From NCBI GenBank assembly GCA_905331295.1, contig CAJNYD010000303.1, positions 1 through 64,000 of the forward strand: a stretch of 64,000 nucleotides of DNA. The letters run 5' to 3'. Position numbers and translations under genes: made by a program. The notes beneath the pieces were generated by a model. That model was not told the DNA's origin, ran no database searches, and saw only the letters and a list, made by a program, of their open reading frames with translations. Below, in pieces: positions 13,112 through 25,640 of this stretch. The DNA is from Rotaria socialis (Eukaryota). Numbering within the stretch: position 1 is the first letter of the stretch; each line of letters starts with the position of its first letter.

Positions 13112-13603
13112 ATGTCACTCAAGTGGAACGCGCAACAAAACGAAACAAATAGTTTTGCCGCCAAAAACCTATCTGAGCTAAGTGAAGTATCAAAGAACAA
13201 ACTCGATGGACGCCACAATAAAGGAAAGAACCACGGTCAACGCAAGGAAAAGCATCGAAAACATCGTAGTGGCTCTCGTGATGCAAAGGATTGCGATCAT
13301 GGACGTCGCCGAAGCGATAGCTCCAGTTCAAGCGATAGTCATTCTAGTAAAGGTCGAGATTGTAAACACTCTCGTGAACGCCATCGCCATAAAAGTGGTT
13401 CCAAAGATCGCCATAGAAGTGGTTCCAAAGATCGTCATAAAAGTGGTTCCAAAGATCGCCATAAAAGTGGCTCGAGAGATCGTCACAATAGCAGCTCTAG
13501 TAGTAGCGACGGCTCTCATCGAAGCAAGGGACGGGGCAAGGGTCATGGCGAACATCGCAAAAAGAAGCATTCCAGTGATCGTCGAAAAAATCATCATTGT
13601 TGA
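13112..13603 (+). CDS. His/Ser/Lys/Arg-rich low-complexity protein
   Basis: 163-aa ORF with about four 24-bp repeats encoding RH(K/R)SGS(K/R)D. Confidence 0.55.
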   Translation: MSLKWNAQQNETNSFAAKNLSELSEVSKNKLDGRHNKGKNHGQRKEKHRKHRSGSRDAKDCDHGRRRSDSSSSSDSHSSKGRDCKHSRERHRHKSGSKDRHRSGSKDRHKSGSKDRHKSGSRDRHNSSSSSSDGSHRSKGRGKGHGEHRKKKHSSDRRKNHHC

Positions 13604-16070
13604 AGTTCTTATTGTTCCCTATGACATGTTGTCTTTTGCATAAACTTGATTATTCGCAATAATAATTTGCTATCGCGAATTCATATGAAAAGTTGTTCGA
13701 ATTTTTTGGAGTATATAATAAGTGGGTCATCATATATAGCCTTGCACTATATTAATGCTTTCACCGTCTAATCATTTTTCTGAACAAACCAAATACGTCG
13801 CAAAGACTCAGCTTGAAAACTTCTATAGCCTAAAATACGAGAACAAATTTCGGTGCAACGAAAAAATTGCTTTCAGTACACGATGAATCCGTTTTTTTAG
13901 TTATTCAATAAACGAGTTATACGCAGTGGCATTGTCGATGGTCGATTCGCGAACTATTGTCCATACATTTTCAAGATTTAAAATGTAGATAAAATAATGT
14001 GAAGTTATTTTGAATTCAAAACAGTTATTGCCGAGATTAAATGTTAGAAAAAAAATAAAATATATTCTATTATGGTCTTCTTTTAACGAATGGAGATGAA
14101 GTAATTACGAAACTCTCATTTTACTGTTTCTTATCATATCTCAGCAGACAGAATGTTTATGTTCGTGTACATGATAATTTTTCTATAGCCGTGTTGTTTT
14201 CATGTTCTTTGTTTGTTCATGTAATATAGATGAAACTTGCGATTTGTGGCGCGTAGATACATAGAAATTTGATCCAGTTCTTTGTTCCATCGTTATAGGT
14301 ATGAAAATAAGTACATACATACATACATACTCACAAGAACGAACGCTTATGGATTCGAATTTCTTGATTTCCGGTTATTTTGATCAACGTGTCAATATAT
14401 CATTAACATCGTAAAATACTCTTTCCTTAGGTAAATGAATGGTTACTAGCGTTTCGTTACTCATTATTGACTGCCGATAATTGATAGCAAACTAACTGCA
14501 TTCAATCGATTGAATTGAATGGCCTTCGCTTCATTAACATTTTTTTACAGCAGAAATTAGAAGAACATAAATACATCTTCCCAGAGAACAAAAATGTTTC
14601 TCTCATTACACAGATAGTGTACGAAAAAATTATGACTACAGGATTCGACATGGCAAATTAGTAAGAATTTTTCAAAATGAAACTATCGAGAAAAAAAATC
14701 TATATTGATGCAAACATTAGAGATAACTATCGAAATTTAACAAAATTTCACATTTTACAAATTAACTCCAACGAAGCACATACGTCATGAATGGAAAATT
14801 TTTAAATTCTTTTGATTTGATTGCCATTCGAAATTCAGTTTATCATCGATATCGATTCGTTTGAACAATCTTAGCACGTAAGTGAAGAAGATTAGACCTA
14901 TATCGAATTATCTACACACATCGACTACAGAAAATCATATGTTAAATAGATTGCACAGAAAAAGGTTATTGTCACTAAGAAACAGATCGATATCTATATT
15001 TAAGTGCAACAAATATGAGACTAGAAGAGTAAACTGTAATATTCGGTCGATACACATTTTGATCATTGGTCACTTTCAATGAATAAATAAATGTCAGCTC
15101 TCATCGAGTAATGACTTTTTTAAATTCATAAAACGTATCGAATATCTCGTTTTGTCTATGTTAACTGTTGAAGAGATTAGTGAAGAAAACAAGCTTAATA
15201 TCCTCTATTAGCTGCTGTTTGTTCGCCTCTCAGTATCATTTGAAAATGATGTCCTTTCATATCTTCTAATACAACATAAATCACATCAAATCGAAAAAGA
15301 TAATAGTTGGCGTCAGTAAACAAAAACGCAAGAAGTTTCTAAATTGACAAAATTTTTCCGACGATGATACATGTGAACGTTGCTATATCAAAACTAAAAT
15401 TTCACTCCGCCCATCATCAACAAATATTCATTCATTCAAATTCAAATATTTTTCAGCATTCTATACGACCATAATAATTATTCTCTCATTTATTCATCAA
15501 TCATACCCTGAAATTCACGCACATGCTTCCTACAATATCCAATTAAAACGTACATAGTATAATCAAGTATGAAAGATGATACGATAATCACGTATGGATC
15601 TATTATTACCTGTTATTCATGGTTAATGAGAAAGAAAAACGTTTTGGCTTACAATGTAAAATATTTTTACTCGGTGTTAGTTTTTTCTTTTATTTACATT
15701 CTTGTTGACGTAGATATGTTAAGTTCGATAGACAAAAAAGAGATTATCAAATGTTAGCATATCTCATATCCCACGTTCACCGAGCTTGTGTATACCTAAG
15801 AAATTGAAACGTCAAATAAATGTATCTACATGGACTTCCTTGTCATTCTCCTCCTTTTCTCTTCATTTGAATGAGGTCAGTCACTTTTCTTTCTTTTTCT
15901 CTTTCGTTTTGTTTGTTTGTTTGATGTTTTCAAATCTATTGACCTGTCCGTCGTCCGTCGTCGTCGTTGTTCGACATGTATATCTCTGTAATGAATATAG
16001 ACGATGATGATTGTCCCCATGCGTTGTCATTATTGACGAAGGAAAGAAAAATAAAAAAAGACAACTTGAA

Positions 16071-19000
16071 ATGTTTCAAGGTAAACTTATAGAAAATTCA
16101 ATTTATTATTATTTTTTATTTATCCTTATAATATTACATAAAATATCATCAAAAAGTATCGCATTCAGTTATCGTACATGTTTACTTCATGTTGACTTAA
16201 TTAATATTGAACATTATCATCCAGTGAACAGCCAATATTTTCGATTGATTACAAAAGACTTTCGTCTACATGTTTTATATACATATAAAAATGAACAACT
16301 TGAATATAAATTTGGAAATTTTAATTTATTATTACCCGATTCGGCTAGTTTCGATTATCAATTTAAAACAGCCATTGATTATTATCATGAGATCGATACA
16401 TGGCATTATGTTAATGTAACATTTGATGATCATTTATCCAAAGTATTTATATCGTTTAATGGCGACGAAACACGGTTAATACCATTAGTTGATTATCCGA
16501 TTAATTATTTGAAGACAGAATTAAATGTTAATGTATTACTCGATGAACAACAAGCGAATGTTACATGTCTATTACCTTATTCAGGTTTTGATACAAAATT
16601 CAAAGATTGTTTAATTAATATTAAAACTTGTGGTTAGTAGCAATGAAGGTCTTTTTTTTGTAGAGAACATAAAACATTTTCTATGAAATTTTTAGAACAT
16701 CGAACATGTACGCCGATGAATAATGCGGAACAGTATTGTCCACTTTTTAACATATTTGACTGTCGACCATTTGCTAGTGAGTTAGAAAAGATCGAACTTT
16801 CCCAGTGAAGTTTATGATTTTTCTATTCATGATAGATTTAGAATGTGGCTTGAAAACAATACCTGTACGTTGTTTACATGATCACTGTCAAAATCAGGGT
16901 GACTGTTATGTTGACTTATTAAGGAATGTTACTCAATGCGTTTGTCCACCCGGTAGAGTTAATCATTTTCTTCTCAGTCCATAGTATTGATTAATATCAA
17001 TATTTTTTCTAGGCTTTGCTGGTGATCGATGTCAATATGAAATTGATGAATGTCAATCAAGTCCATGTCCAAAACATAGTCGTTGTATTGATTCACCGAA
17101 TAGTTATACTTGTGTTTGTGGTATGAGGATTAAAATCATTGAATAGCGAGTGGGAAAAACAAATATTTTGTCGTTTTAATATTTAGATCCAGGTTGGACC
17201 GGTATCGATTGCTCGGAAGATATTGATGAATGTAAAACAATACAACCGTGTAAAGCAGCACGAGCTTGTATTAATCTACCGGGAACGTATAAATGTGATT
17301 GTCTTGATACATTTGGCGGACAAAATTGTGAAATGGTATGATGAATAACACGAGAGAAAATAATTACTAAAGCCTATCAAGACGGTCAGGATTACTTTTC
17401 TAAGGGCAAATATCTAACCGATTGATAGAAAAGACATTAGCTCTTTGATCATTATTCTACAGCAACATCTGTGATGGGAGGCGAGAAGACACTTAAGCAT
17501 GATTCATAGTCAACAATATGTTTGCGTTTAACAAAAAAAAGCAACGGTTTTGATAATTTTCTTTAGATACTTGATCCATGCTTATCTGAGCCATGCTTAA
17601 ATGATGCTGTAAAATGCCATCCGATTCTTGAAAGTGACAATGTTGTTTTTCGATGTACGTGTCGAGCAGGTTTTACGGGTCATCAGTGTGAAACGAATAT
17701 CAATGATTGCGAGGGTATTGTTTGTCCGAAAAATAATACACATTGCGTGGATGGTTTAAATTCGTTTGATTGCCAATGTAAACCAAATTTTAAACGAAGT
17801 ATAACGAAATTAGTGATTAAATTTTGTTAGTAAAGATTTCATGCTTTCTTTACTTAGACGCAGATGGTGTATGTGTTGAAGAAAATCCTTGCTATTCATC
17901 ACCGTGTTATTCGAATGCCACCTGTTACAATTTGAAAGGTGGTCACTATCGCTGTATGTGTCCACCGACATATACAGGTGTTCTATGTGATGAAGATATT
18001 GATGAATGCGCAGTTTTTCCATCGATATGTCGAAATGGCGGAACGTAAGTTATTTAAATCGAATGCTGACTCTTGAAAAGCCTTGTTTTTTGCGTTGAAA
18101 GATGTACGAATGAAATCGGTTCATATCGATGTTATTGTCCAACGGGTTGGGCTGGCTCAACATGTGCCAAAGCTATCGATTACTGTCAATCACAACCATG
18201 TAATCGTAATGGCGCATGTATTAGTAAAGTACGTTTTTCTGGGTGGAAAATTTTTTAATCGAAAAACATCAAATTTGAATAGATAAATGGTTTTCAATGC
18301 CGCTGTTTATCGTCGTTTACAGGTGATGTTTGTCAATATGATATTGACGAATGTGCATTGAATCCATGTATGAACAATGGAACATGTCATAATTATAACG
18401 GTGGTTTTCATTGTCAATGTCCTACCGATTATTATGGTATGATTTAAATCGAACTTGATATCATCATTTATTTCTCATTTTTACTCGTAGGTAAACGTTG
18501 TGAATATTCTCCATTGGATTGTCAACGGTTGCAACAAAAAAATCTATCATTAAAATGTGCCGATCCATATCAATGTATTGCTAATGATACAGAAAAATTA
18601 AAGCAAATCAATCACTTATCAACATTAAAGTGCAGAACCGAACAAGATCATATGCTTGATACATATTTTTTATGTCTCAAAGAAAAAACAGCAGATCAAT
18701 GTGATTGTCCTTCAAGTGAGTGAAAAATTTCTAAAGAATGTCACTTGTTTCGGAATAATCGAACTACGGTACTGAGCAACGGGGTATAAATAAGGCCTTC
18801 GTCTGTTTCATTTAGATTTAATATCTTGTGCTGATGATGCTCTTGAATCGAAATCTAATTGCAATTGTCGTAATGGTGGTACATGCTTTTGGTCAAATTC
18901 AACCAATTATCGTTGTTATTGTCCACCCGGTTGGTCTGGTCCTGATTGTCTTAATGAGATAAATCTTTGTTCAAGTCAACCATGCTATAACAATGGTACA

Positions 19001-22000
19001 TGTATATCAAACTTAAATAAATTTACATGTCTATGTTCAACAAACTCAAAGGGTATCTATTGTCAAGATCTAATTGATCCATGTGAAAGTAATCCTTGTT
19101 TAAATAATGGTCAATGTCAACGTGAAAATAATAATAATAAATATAAATGTAACTGTTCATCGAGTTATGCAGGTAATAATTGCGAAATTTATCAAGCACC
19201 ATGTTTGTCTCGACCTTGTCAAAATAATGGCCGGTGTAATGATTACATAAACAATACATTTCAATGTCAATGTCCATTTAATTATAAAGGAATTTATTGT
19301 GAAAAATCGATTGATCTATGTCGAACACAATCAAATAAAAGTCTATGTTTAAATGGTGGTCTATGTCAAATCAATAATCATACAATTGAATGCGTATGTT
19401 TACCTGGTTACACAGGTCTCTTCTGTGAAATAAATATCAATGAATGTTATACAAGACCCTGTTCGTCAAATGGTGAATGTTTTGATTTAATCAATGGTTA
19501 CAAATGTCAATGTAAAACTGGCTGGTATGGTTATAATTGTGATCGTCGACAAAATCCAACTCATAAATCTTTAATATCACGAACAAGTACTTCATCGACG
19601 TTTCAATTGCGAAATTCATTAATAGACATATCAAAAATATTACCTTATAGTTATACATTATTGCCTATGCGTATTCAATATGAATTTCGCACAACATTAA
19701 ATCGAGTTTCACTTCTATCAATTGGAACACGTTTTCGACAAGAACTCATTAATAATCGAATAGTCACTAATTTAGATAATAGAATAGTGTTATCAACATT
19801 CATTGATAATCAAGAGCGATGGATAATGATTATTGTCGAAGTATTTCGTCTATGGATTGATGTACGCGTTGGCGAAACTTCTATGTCACAAAGATTTTAT
19901 GTATTGGGTCCTTCGTTTGAATATGAGCTTCAAGAAGAAATTATCTTCGGTTCTGGAAATTATTCTGGTTGTGTTCGGCAAATTGAAGTTAACTACAATC
20001 AAGCATATTCGATTCTATTGACTGACAAATTAGTAAAATTAGATGAATATAGAACATTGGGTTGTGAAAGGTAAATATTTATTGTTCATGAAAAGTCAAC
20101 TATATTGATAGAAATCATTGAAGTTCAATTTTATTATCGTTTCTGGAAAAAAAAGTTAGCTAGCCGAGGTCATGGAAGCCTATCCGAAGGCGACCGGCTT
20201 TGTTACTGCTTTTGAAATATTGATATTCATATTCTTATTATAATAATGGATAAATATTCGCATGACATATCTTGATGTATAATAGTAGGGTTTCAATTAA
20301 ATAGATGCATGTTCGACCGCCGGTTATAATCGCTTGAGGTAATATCAAAGCAAACGGTTGAGAGCATTTTGAATTAAAATTAATAGTATTTCTTAATTTT
20401 GATAATTACTTCAATATCAATATTTCTTTTTTTCAGAATGAATGCTTGTCAGATTGCAGTTTGTCAAAAAAATGAATTATGTCATGACCATTGGTTCTAT
20501 CATACATGTCAATGTCAGTCACCATTTTTCGGTGAAAAATGTGATCAAAGTACGTTCACATTTTTTTAATTGATTTTTTTTACTCACATGAAAACTTGCT
20601 CGTCTAGTTGCTCCTATTGTATTGTTTAATCAAACGAGTTTTATTGCTATTTCACTTTCATCGTTGATATCAAATATTTCATTTCTTTTCAATACACGCC
20701 AATCGAATGGAACATTATTTCAGTTGATATCATCGTCGAAACTAAATAGATTTAGTCGTGATTTAACTCCACAAAATCGATCACTCTCGAAAATTCTCGG
20801 TACATTATTCAATGGTCGTTTTCATTTGATTATTATGGACAATGAACATAATCCACAGGAATATGAATTACGCAATGAACAAATATTAAACGATGGTCGT
20901 CCACATCAGATTCAACTTGATTTAAATAATAATCGATTGATTATTGATCGAATTCATAATGAATCTTTAACAACAATCAACAATAAAATAATGCCCAATA
21001 AACTTCAGCTGATTCCATACGGATCTTTAGATGGGTGGCTTCAAGATCTACGAATTAATGATCAATTAATTTCACTTATAAATACAACTGAACCCAACAA
21101 AGATTTCAACATGACAATTTTAAATATGAAAACATTAGAAACAAATCCTTGCTATCCAATAAGTCCATGTCAAAATCAAGCTCAATGTCTTGTAGCAAAT
21201 TCGCAGGAATACATGTAAGTGAAGTTTTCATTAGCACATAACTGTAGACAAACTCCAACATGGAGTACACTTGACGAATAAACAGAAAGACATTCTGAGT
21301 TAGTTCAAGTGGCACACTTCAATACAATTTTTTTTCTGTGTGTGACGAGCTTCTGAACCTTGAGTGGATAAATTCATCCTCTAGGTTAAGTACTATGTGT
21401 ACACAATCACAGCTATGCCACTGTCCTTTTTTCTCGTGTCACCTCTATTGCACGTCTAGCTTCTCATGACCAAAATGCGACCCATTTTTCTTTCTCTTCT
21501 CTTCTCTGTACTATAATAGAATAGGAAAGGTAAGACAGAACGGCGGTCACAATGCAATCCTATTCTCTCTTTCTCTTCGTTCAGTTTGGTCGAAAAGTTC
21601 AAATCATTGTGTCGACAGTTTCTTTCTTCTTTTCTTTTTTAATTCCTTTTTATTTTTTTGGCGTCATACATACACACATTCCATATGATAAATACAAATT
21701 ATCTGCTAAACTGTATCTTAATATTATATTTTTTTCTTCTCTTCTTTCCAAAATTCATCAGATGTCAATGTGAATCAAATTGGTTCGGTCAAAATTGTTC
21801 ACAAATAGATCTATGTCATTATAATAACAGTAGCCTTTGTCCGAATGGATTTATTTGTAAAACAATCGATAATAATCAAGAATGTTTAGCCACAGGAACA
21901 TTCGAAGGCAATTCAAGTCACTTGATTGGCATATTAAATTATAATTCAATATTGTCCAATGAACTATCATTTCGTTTACGTGCGAATTCACAATCAGCAC

Positions 22001-24488
22001 ATCTGTTAACAATAAAAAATTTACTAAATTTAAATTATTTTTCTCTATATCTATCGGAAGAAAATCTCATTTATCGTGATTCAATATCAATTCATGATGT
22101 ATTAACGGAATTCAATAATCAAACATTAGAGCCATGGCGAACGTTTCATTTTCAATGGTCAAATGATTCAACATTAATATTCAATCATTTCTATACATAC
22201 ACAATTAATATTACATTTGAAGATATATTCGTATTAAATAATCAAATTGAAATAAACCTTGGCAATGGTTTTCGTGGTTGTTTAGAACATGTTTTATTAG
22301 GTGAAAATCTTTATATACCATTTTATAATGACACATTAATTGAAAATGATACACGTAGTAATAATATTCATGTAGAACAAATTGAAAATGTACAAATTAA
22401 TAATTGTACATTTAATAATATATGTGAAAATTTAAATTGTACTAATGGACAATGCATTCCTGATTTTGATCATGGAAAATGTTCGTGTAATCATGGATGG
22501 GAAGGTGATTATTGTAATAAAAATATCGATGAGTGTCAACAAGGAAATAATTGTTCGAAAGAACATAGTATTTGTGAAGATCATCTTGATGGATATTATA
22601 CATGCAAATGTAATCAAGGATTCAATGGAACATAGTAAGTTCTTTTTTTTCCTAATTAGCTATTCGTCACAGCTGTTGCTATTCTTTTTACGATTACGAC
22701 TAGACACATTAATTTCATCGGTAGTAACGCAGCTGTATAGATTGTGCAGCGTTCAATAGTTTTACGTAACTGTAAAAAGAAAAATTTTAATTGCAAGAAA
22801 ATGAAACGTATGATTCATATTTTATATCATCGATGTATTTTGCCTTTGCTATTGATTCTATCTGAATCAAATTTAGTATTCTTAATTGCGTACTTTCGTC
22901 AATAAACGTTTTTTTTCGCCTTCTTTACTTAATTTAGTCTCTTCTAATGAGTACCTTTGGCTACTTAGCTTCGGTACCATTAGACATGAGATGACCGTAG
23001 GCAAATTCGCAAACGTGTCTATATCTCGATTTACTCGAGTTGTTAGCAAGTATGAGGTCATGGCATCGACTGTAAGGAATGACTTTTCATCAGTCATGAA
23101 TAATAGAAAATTAATATTTAAGAAAAAAAGAAAAGAAGTCAACGAGTCGTTTTCATAGAGTTACTCTTTACAAATTCATCAGTAACTTAGAATGAAAAAT
23201 TAATGAGATTTGGTTTGATGCTGAATTTTAGTTGTGAAGAGAATATTGATGAATGCTCATCTTCTCCATGTGCAAATGGTGGTATTTGTAAAGATTTAAT
23301 CAATGGTTATGAATGTAATTGTACTAGTAATTATATTGGCTCACATTGTTCTATGTCACTGGATGAAACTTGTTTTGGTCGTTTAAAACCTTGTCAAAAT
23401 AATGGTACATGCATTTTAAAAGGTTCAAATCTTCACGTTGATAATCCTGAAACTAAATGTCAGTGTCAAGATGGTTATAGTGGTCAATGGTGTGAAAATG
23501 ATTTATGTTTAGAACTGAGTTGCCAACACGATGGTACCTGCCAGAGATTACCAAATCAAACAGCGAAATGTTTATGTACAAAACAATGGCACGGAAATAA
23601 ATGTCAAGATGATATAGACGAATGTACTATGAATAAAACAAATATGTGTTTAAATAATGGTACATGCCGGAATTATCCGGGTGGTTATAAATGTGATTGT
23701 GGAGAAAATTATCTTGGAACACATTGTGAACAAAAACATACTTGTTTAGAACGTGCGCCATGCCACAACAATGGACAATGTCGAACCAACGGTGAACAAT
23801 ACTATTGTGAATGTTCGTCACACTTTACAGGTGTGCGAAAATAAAATAAATTATTTAAAAACAAAGTTTACGTTTGTTCTCTATTTATTCAGGTACGCAT
23901 TGTGAATTTCCAACATGCGAATCAACGCCATGTAAAAATCATGGCTCTTGTAAATTCGATAGTGACCGAGGATTTATTTGTAATTGTACAGGAACAGGTA
24001 AAATTTGAGAGAAGAACTTTTTCGAATAATTTTCATTGAGATTATTAATTTAAAATAAATAGGTTTTGAAGATGAAACATGTACGACACAAATCAATGAA
24101 TGTCTTAGTAATCCATGTCAAAATAATGGAAGTTGTATTGTTCTGATCGATGGATATATGTGTGGGTGTTCAAAAACGTTTACTGGACTTCATTGTGAAA
24201 GCAAGGTAGAGAATGAAATTTTGTTTTTTGTATGAAAAACTACATTTTTTGTTTCGATTTTAGAAATTTCTCGCTGCATGGGAATTTTCCTATCATTATG
24301 TTATATGGCCTGGTGTAGCTGTACTATTGTTGTTAGTAATTATTCTATTCACGGTCATCATTGGTCGTATTCGTGAGAGTCGACGATCGCGAGGCACATA
24401 CCGGCCGGCATTAAATGAAAATGGTCAAAGTTCACGCGTAGAATTCAGTATGATCTTAAAACCGCCACCAGAAGAACGATTGATTTAA
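16071..24488 (+). CDS. crb: Crumbs homolog (EGF repeats, laminin-G-like domains, TM, short tail); multi-exon
   Basis: Many Ca-binding EGF repeats, LamG-like blocks and a TM segment, then the tail RRSRGTYRP...KPPPEERLI* with FERM-binding and ERLI PDZ-binding motifs. Confidence 0.93.
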
Positions 24489-24723
24489 GAAAGAATTTTC
24501 TCAGAAAAACGAGTGTCAGATATGATTAGTCAATTTCTTTCTCCTATCATCGTCGTTATTATTTTTTTTCTTATTCTGCATATTTGTAGTTGCTGTTCTC
24601 GTCATAATGTTTATCTGATGCAATGTAGTTTGTTGTGTTTTTTTTTCTCTTTCTTTTCTTTATACTTGTTTATAATGAAAATGAATAAATTCAAAGTCTT
24701 ATTCTTAATTGAAGATTTTGACT

Positions 24724-25245
24724 ATGTCGTCAACAGCAGTTTCCATTCTCGATCATCTTGATAAAGTGGCTGTCCTCTCCGCAGGACTATTTGCTGGCAC
24801 AGCGTTATATATGACTATTGGTGAAGTACCGGCTATGCGAGCAATCGGCGGTGACATACAATGGCGATTTTTTCCCTACATGTACGAACGAGCAGCTGTA
24901 TCACAAGCTAGTTTCGCTGTATTAGCTGGTGTAGCAGGTGTTTTACATGGAACACGTATCGTTCGTGCACCATTTTATCGTAATTTATGGATCGCTGCTG
25001 GAGCCATATTTATTGGCGTAATTCCTTATACTGTTATTTGTATGCTTCCAACCAATCTCCGTATTATTAACGATAATAAACGTATTCAAGCAGGAAGCGA
25101 AAGTCAAATTAATGCTGCTACACAAAAAGAACTACTTGACAAATGGGCTTTACTTCATCTTGTTCGCACTGTTGGTTCACTCGTCGGTTTTACTGCTATG
25201 GCGTTTGGACTTAGTCAACATAAATCACTTCTTTTACGTTGGTAG
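24724..25245 (+). CDS. DUF1772/anthrone oxygenase-like small membrane protein, intronless
   Basis: Four hydrophobic helices, AGLFAG.ALY, PTN..I and LLDKWALLHLVRT. Confidence 0.75.
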   Translation: MSSTAVSILDHLDKVAVLSAGLFAGTALYMTIGEVPAMRAIGGDIQWRFFPYMYERAAVSQASFAVLAGVAGVLHGTRIVRAPFYRNLWIAAGAIFIGVIPYTVICMLPTNLRIINDNKRIQAGSESQINAATQKELLDKWALLHLVRTVGSLVGFTAMAFGLSQHKSLLLRW

Positions 25246-25640
25246 ATTAGTACAACTCCACTCCTGATCCATAACAAACATGTCTTACTTTAGTCAATTA
25301 ATAAAAAAGTTGTCCTTCGTTCTATTGAATAGATAGAGATCTCATACTAAATAAATTCTCTTTATATGTAACACAGTTTGTGCATTCTTTTTACAAAAAG
25401 ACATGATTAATCGCAACGTTGTATTTGGCAATGAGGAATGAACTAAAAATTTGATTTAACGTTTTTCGGGTCAATAAAAAACATTGTACCTCAAAACTTT
25501 TGACGCACTTGTATGCACTAGATAGATGCTGTTTTTTTCTCGTGCTAGATTAATGTAAATCATGTATTTTTATTCTTTTTTTAAGTTAAATGAGAATAAC
25601 ATCAGCAACAAACGAAACACAACAAAGATTTTGACGACGC

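Noticed and set aside
13382..13490. Tandem 24-bp repeats as a CRISPR array
   Set aside because: No spacers, in-frame coding repeats, eukaryotic context.
20158..20426. Small hairpin and 15-bp inverted repeat in a crumbs intron
   Set aside because: Short and AT-rich; not enough to call an element or structured RNA.
16071..24488. Notch or eyes-shut assignment
   Set aside because: No LNR or ankyrin domains; the TM plus ERLI tail identifies crumbs.
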